A DNA stretch of 64,000 bases from an uncultured Gammaproteobacteria bacterium. GTDB lineage: Bacteria; Patescibacteriota; Patescibacteriia; Patescibacteriales; UBA12075. Location of the stretch: positions 27,529 through 91,528 of the forward strand of contig CAYWNT010000001.1 in assembly GCA_964459725.1 (NCBI GenBank). Reading direction: 5' to 3'. Position numbers and translations under genes: made by a program. Under the pieces are notes generated by a model. The model had not been told where the DNA came from, made no database searches, and saw only the letters and a program-made list of their open reading frames with translations. This document shows positions 61,764 through 64,000 of the stretch, piece by piece; position 1 is the stretch's first letter; each line of letters starts with the position of its first letter.

Positions 61764-61788
61764 AATTATTTATATTTAGTATACAAAT

Positions 61789-61823
61789 AAACAAGGTGAA
61801 AAGCCTTGTTTATTTTTGTTTTT
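61789..61823 (+). terminator. Rho-independent terminator
   Basis: Stem aaacaagg/ccttgttt followed by atttttgttttt. Confidence 0.7.
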
Positions 61824-61847
61824 AGGAGGGGGAAATTTGGAAAAAAA

Positions 61848-61905
61848 TATTAAAGGTACCTTTAATAGTACTTTTAAAGGTACTATTAAAAGTACTATTA
61901 ATTAC
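61848..61905. repeat. Four and a half tandem 12-bp repeats (TAWTAAARGTAC)
   Basis: The units are tattaaaggtac, ctttaatagtac, ttttaaaggtac, tattaaaagtac and tattaattac. GTAC recurs at 61856, 61868, 61880 and 61892. Confidence 0.85.
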
Positions 61906-61926
61906 AAAATAAATTTTTATCAAGCA

Positions 61927-61955
61927 TTGACAATTTGTTATTTTTTTGCTAATAT
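61927..61955 (+). promoter_or_regulatory. Sigma70-type promoter for gene 61997-62761
   Basis: TTGACA 61927-61932, a 17-nt spacer, TAATAT 61950-61955. Confidence 0.6.
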
Positions 61956-61996
61956 ACGAAAAAAAGTATTTACCACTTAACCTGGGAGGAGAAAAA

Positions 61997-62761
61997 GTGA
62001 TAAGCTCATTACAAAAATATCTTGATTCTTTTTTACAGCATAGATCAATTAATAAGGTTACGAATACGCTGGATACATTGTTTGTGGGACTCTTAATCCT
62101 TGTTTCAATCATCTTGGTTTATTTTTTTGCTGAGATGTTTCATTTCAATGTCAGTATTCCAAAATGGGGCGATCTGCCAAAGCTGGACATATCAGTCTTT
62201 GAGGAGATGCCAGGTTGCTATGAAAATTACGAGGAAACACATGGGGTGCTGAAAGCTTGGAGAGACAAAGGGGAGTCTATTGTAAAAAATTCAGCCACAA
62301 GCATTAAGAAGGCCATGGGGCATGCAAATAAACAGTATTTTAAGCTCTTGTTTATTTCAATGCTTTCATTGATCTCATTTGTTTTTTTGTTTATCTATTC
62401 AGCGAGTTTTAAAATTGTCTTTTTGGGACTCAAGAGCGCCAAAGAAGAAAATTCCGATCTCCAAAACAAAGTCCAGGAAGAAAAGGAAGGGGGAGAAGAA
62501 GCTCTCCTAAAATACAAAGTTGAAGTAGAAAAAGACCTCTTAGAGGGTCAAGGGGCAGTAGAAAGGGCCAAATCGACAGTTACGGACGCAATTAAAAACA
62601 GAGATGTCTATGCTGAACAAGCGGCAACAAAAGCGAGAAAAGAAATTAGAGAAAAAACATATTTACAAATAGAAAAACTAAATGAGGTATTAGATGCTAG
62701 AGATGAGGAAATAAAGCGCTTGAAAAGCCGTCTTCATCTAGCAGGTGTAGCAATAGACTAA
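61997..62761 (+). CDS. Membrane protein with a C-terminal coiled coil
   Basis: The start is moved to GTG 61997, behind SD gggaggag, because the track's ATG at 61946 lies inside the promoter. Two TM segments, then a Lys/Glu-rich coiled coil. Confidence 0.55.
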   Translation: MISSLQKYLDSFLQHRSINKVTNTLDTLFVGLLILVSIILVYFFAEMFHFNVSIPKWGDLPKLDISVFEEMPGCYENYEETHGVLKAWRDKGESIVKNSATSIKKAMGHANKQYFKLLFISMLSLISFVFLFIYSASFKIVFLGLKSAKEENSDLQNKVQEEKEGGEEALLKYKVEVEKDLLEGQGAVERAKSTVTDAIKNRDVYAEQAATKARKEIREKTYLQIEKLNEVLDARDEEIKRLKSRLHLAGVAID

Positions 62762-62805
62762 AAGGCCATAACTGTGCCTTGTTAAAAATCTTCAAAGAAT
62801 TAAAA

Positions 62806-62836
62806 AGGTTCGAACATAAAAACGGGCCTTTTTTTA
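62806..62836 (+). terminator. Candidate rho-independent terminator
   Basis: Stem aggttcg/cgggcct (two G-U pairs) followed by ttttttta. Confidence 0.45.
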
Positions 62837-62927
62837 TTTGCAAGTACAAAAAAATACAAAAATCATCACCTCAGTAAAGTGTCAAAAATTCTCGCGGTCG
62901 TGAAAATTATTGACACTTGCTTTTTTA

Positions 62928-62956
62928 TTTTTATGTATTGACGAATAGCATTTTTG
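62928..62956 (+). promoter_or_regulatory. Sigma70-type promoter for gene 63002-63658
   Basis: TTGACG 62928-62933, a 17-nt spacer, TATAGT 62951-62956. Confidence 0.55.
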
Positions 62957-63001
62957 CTGCTATAGTGCCATACAAGACAAATCAAAAAGAAGGAGTGAGA
63001 G

Positions 63002-63658
63002 ATGAAGATATTTTATGTTGTTTTGTTTTTATTGTTCTTTCTGCCAATCAAGAGTCAGTCCGCCGAAAATCAACCCGTTGTGATTCCCACTGCAGAGGAG
63101 CAGCGTTTTGTGGATACTGTTTTTCATCCAACTTTGACAAGAATAGAAAAGCATTATCCCTTGGAAGGATTAAGAAAAATTTTTTCGGAGATTCTTAATA
63201 AGTATCGTTCAGGAGGGAGTTTAACTATAACAAATAAAAAGACTGATATATTGGCTAGTTATCAGAATGAATATGGAATTATTTTTTATATTCCTTTCGT
63301 TATGATAAAGTATCAAAGACACAGCCTGGAGGATTTTGAAGATTTGATAGTTTTAGCATTATTGCATGAAAATTTTCATATGGAAAATCATTCGACGATG
63401 CTTAGTCAAATTATGTTTGCTAGGAATGAGAAGGTTCGTTATGAAAATATCTTTACGGTTGAGAGCGAAGCATGGGTTTACTCTTTTGAAAAAATAATTG
63501 ATCCCATGGTGAAAAATAATAGAATGAAGGAAATGACAACGAAATTAGAAAAAGGTTACCTGGCTTGGTTATCAGCCGACGGAGATTATGACCATCCTGA
63601 CTGGGTAGCTTTTATAGATTTGTCTTGTCAGCATAACAAGCTTTTAAAGGGGGATTAA
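63002..63658 (+). CDS. Secreted hypothetical protein with an HExxH motif
   Basis: SD aaggag, signal peptide MKIFYVVLFLLFFLPIKSQSA, and LALLHENFHMENH. Confidence 0.6.
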   Translation: MKIFYVVLFLLFFLPIKSQSAENQPVVIPTAEEQRFVDTVFHPTLTRIEKHYPLEGLRKIFSEILNKYRSGGSLTITNKKTDILASYQNEYGIIFYIPFVMIKYQRHSLEDFEDLIVLALLHENFHMENHSTMLSQIMFARNEKVRYENIFTVESEAWVYSFEKIIDPMVKNNRMKEMTTKLEKGYLAWLSADGDYDHPDWVAFIDLSCQHNKLLKGD

Positions 63659-63679
63659 GCTGAATTTGTTCAAGTCAAA

Positions 63680-63719
63680 AGACCCTAGTGATACATAAGT
63701 ATCTAAGGGTCTTTTTTTT
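63680..63719 (+). terminator. Rho-independent terminator
   Basis: Stem agaccct/agggtct followed by a run of 8 T. Confidence 0.7.
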
Positions 63720-63800
63720 ATTTGATAATATATATAATTTAGCATCTAATATAAAAAGTTTATTATCCATAATTCTATACTTGCGGGATGCTAAACGTAA

Positions 63801-63834
63801 ATAAAAAAGCCAAGCAGATTAATCCACTTGGCTT
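63801..63834 (-). terminator. Rho-independent terminator of the partial minus-strand gene
   Basis: Stem aagccaag/cttggctt, followed on the minus strand by ttttttat. Confidence 0.65.
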
Positions 63835-63849
63835 TTGAATTGTATTAAG

Positions 63850-64000
63850 TTATTTCTTTTTCCTTCTATTTTTTTTGTAGCATTCTGGACAACCGCCACC
63901 TCCTAATCGATTATCTCCTTTTGCTTGCCATTCATGCTCGCATCCAATCTTTGAACATTTCCACCAAAGTTTTTTGCCAGTTCCAGCTATAACTTGATCA
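63850..64000 (-). CDS. Zinc-ribbon domain protein, C-terminal fragment (the gene continues beyond the window)
   Basis: The minus-strand frame reads ...GKKLWWKCSKIGCEHEWQAKGDNRLGGGGCPECYKKNRRKKK*, with stop complement at 63850-63852. This is a treble-clef zinc-ribbon pattern of the type annotated as DUF4379. Confidence 0.6.
   Translation of the reverse strand, partial: DQVIAGTGKKLWWKCSKIGCEHEWQAKGDNRLGGGGCPECYKKNRRKKK

Noticed and set aside
61946-61996. ATG 61946 as the start of the 271-aa membrane protein (track coordinates)
   Set aside because: This ATG lies within the spacer/-10 of the TTGACA-17-TAATAT promoter (61927-61955). GTG 61997 is in frame and is preceded by gggaggag at proper spacing.
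62917-63198. 93-aa ORF overlapping the start of the HExxH protein gene
   Set aside because: It begins inside the predicted promoter, lacks an SD, and overlaps the signal-peptide-bearing ORF 63002-63658 out of frame. The latter has a proper SD.

Overview
This is an AT-rich (by eye roughly one-third G+C), gene-dense bacterial chromosome segment that uses the standard code: RF2 is present, and TAA, TAG and TGA all terminate well-conserved genes. The gene repertoire points to a Patescibacteria/CPR-type organism, which is an inference because there is no rRNA in the window. The supporting features are many prepilin-type proteins, ComEC, NrdDG, a YvcK-like protein, secreted proteins with 'GRILLQVExNGEAWY' repeats and TSP3-like Asp-rich repeats, short GC-rich repeats in an AT-rich background, and many genes without a Shine-Dalgarno sequence.

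Layout:
- **1-2.5 kb:** terminus of an integrated element (HTH protein plus large serine recombinase) abutting tRNA-Ile(UAU).
- **2.8-24.6 kb:** mostly housekeeping genes (DHH phosphoesterase, valS, MscS-family channel, yvcK-like, nrdR-nrdD-nrdG, prfB, comEC, fabZ), interspersed with secreted or accessory genes. These are a PEP-CTERM protein, two small tandem paralogs, a LysM/SLT transglycosylase broken by an in-frame TAG, and a CAP-domain protein.
- **24.8-36.1 kb:** an uncharacterised locus of two paralogous acidic proteins followed by a secreted giant protein of about 2,700 aa.
- **36.2-36.3 kb:** a 50-bp perfect palindrome.
- **37.7-54.9 kb:** a same-strand chemosensory plus type IV pilus supercluster, in the order mcp-mcp-cheW-cheY-cheB-cheA-cheC-cheD, receiver, pilB-pilC, four prepilin-like genes, and a pilM fusion.
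- **55-64 kb:** alkD-like gene, RND pump plus adaptor, a second pilin locus, and small secreted proteins.

Most noteworthy observations:
- the che-T4P supercluster, including an Asp-less (D->E) receiver placed between the che and pil genes and a CheA with a non-canonical G1 box
- nrdD, whose glycyl-radical motif is detached into a 45-codon ORF behind a stop-laden insertion of about 270 nt
- the giant-protein locus
- the recurrent TGnTATAAT-N6-ATG (leaderless-type) promoters
- a dispersed family of GC-rich repeats that also occurs in-frame inside the giant gene

All functional calls come from reading motifs by eye. No database search was run.
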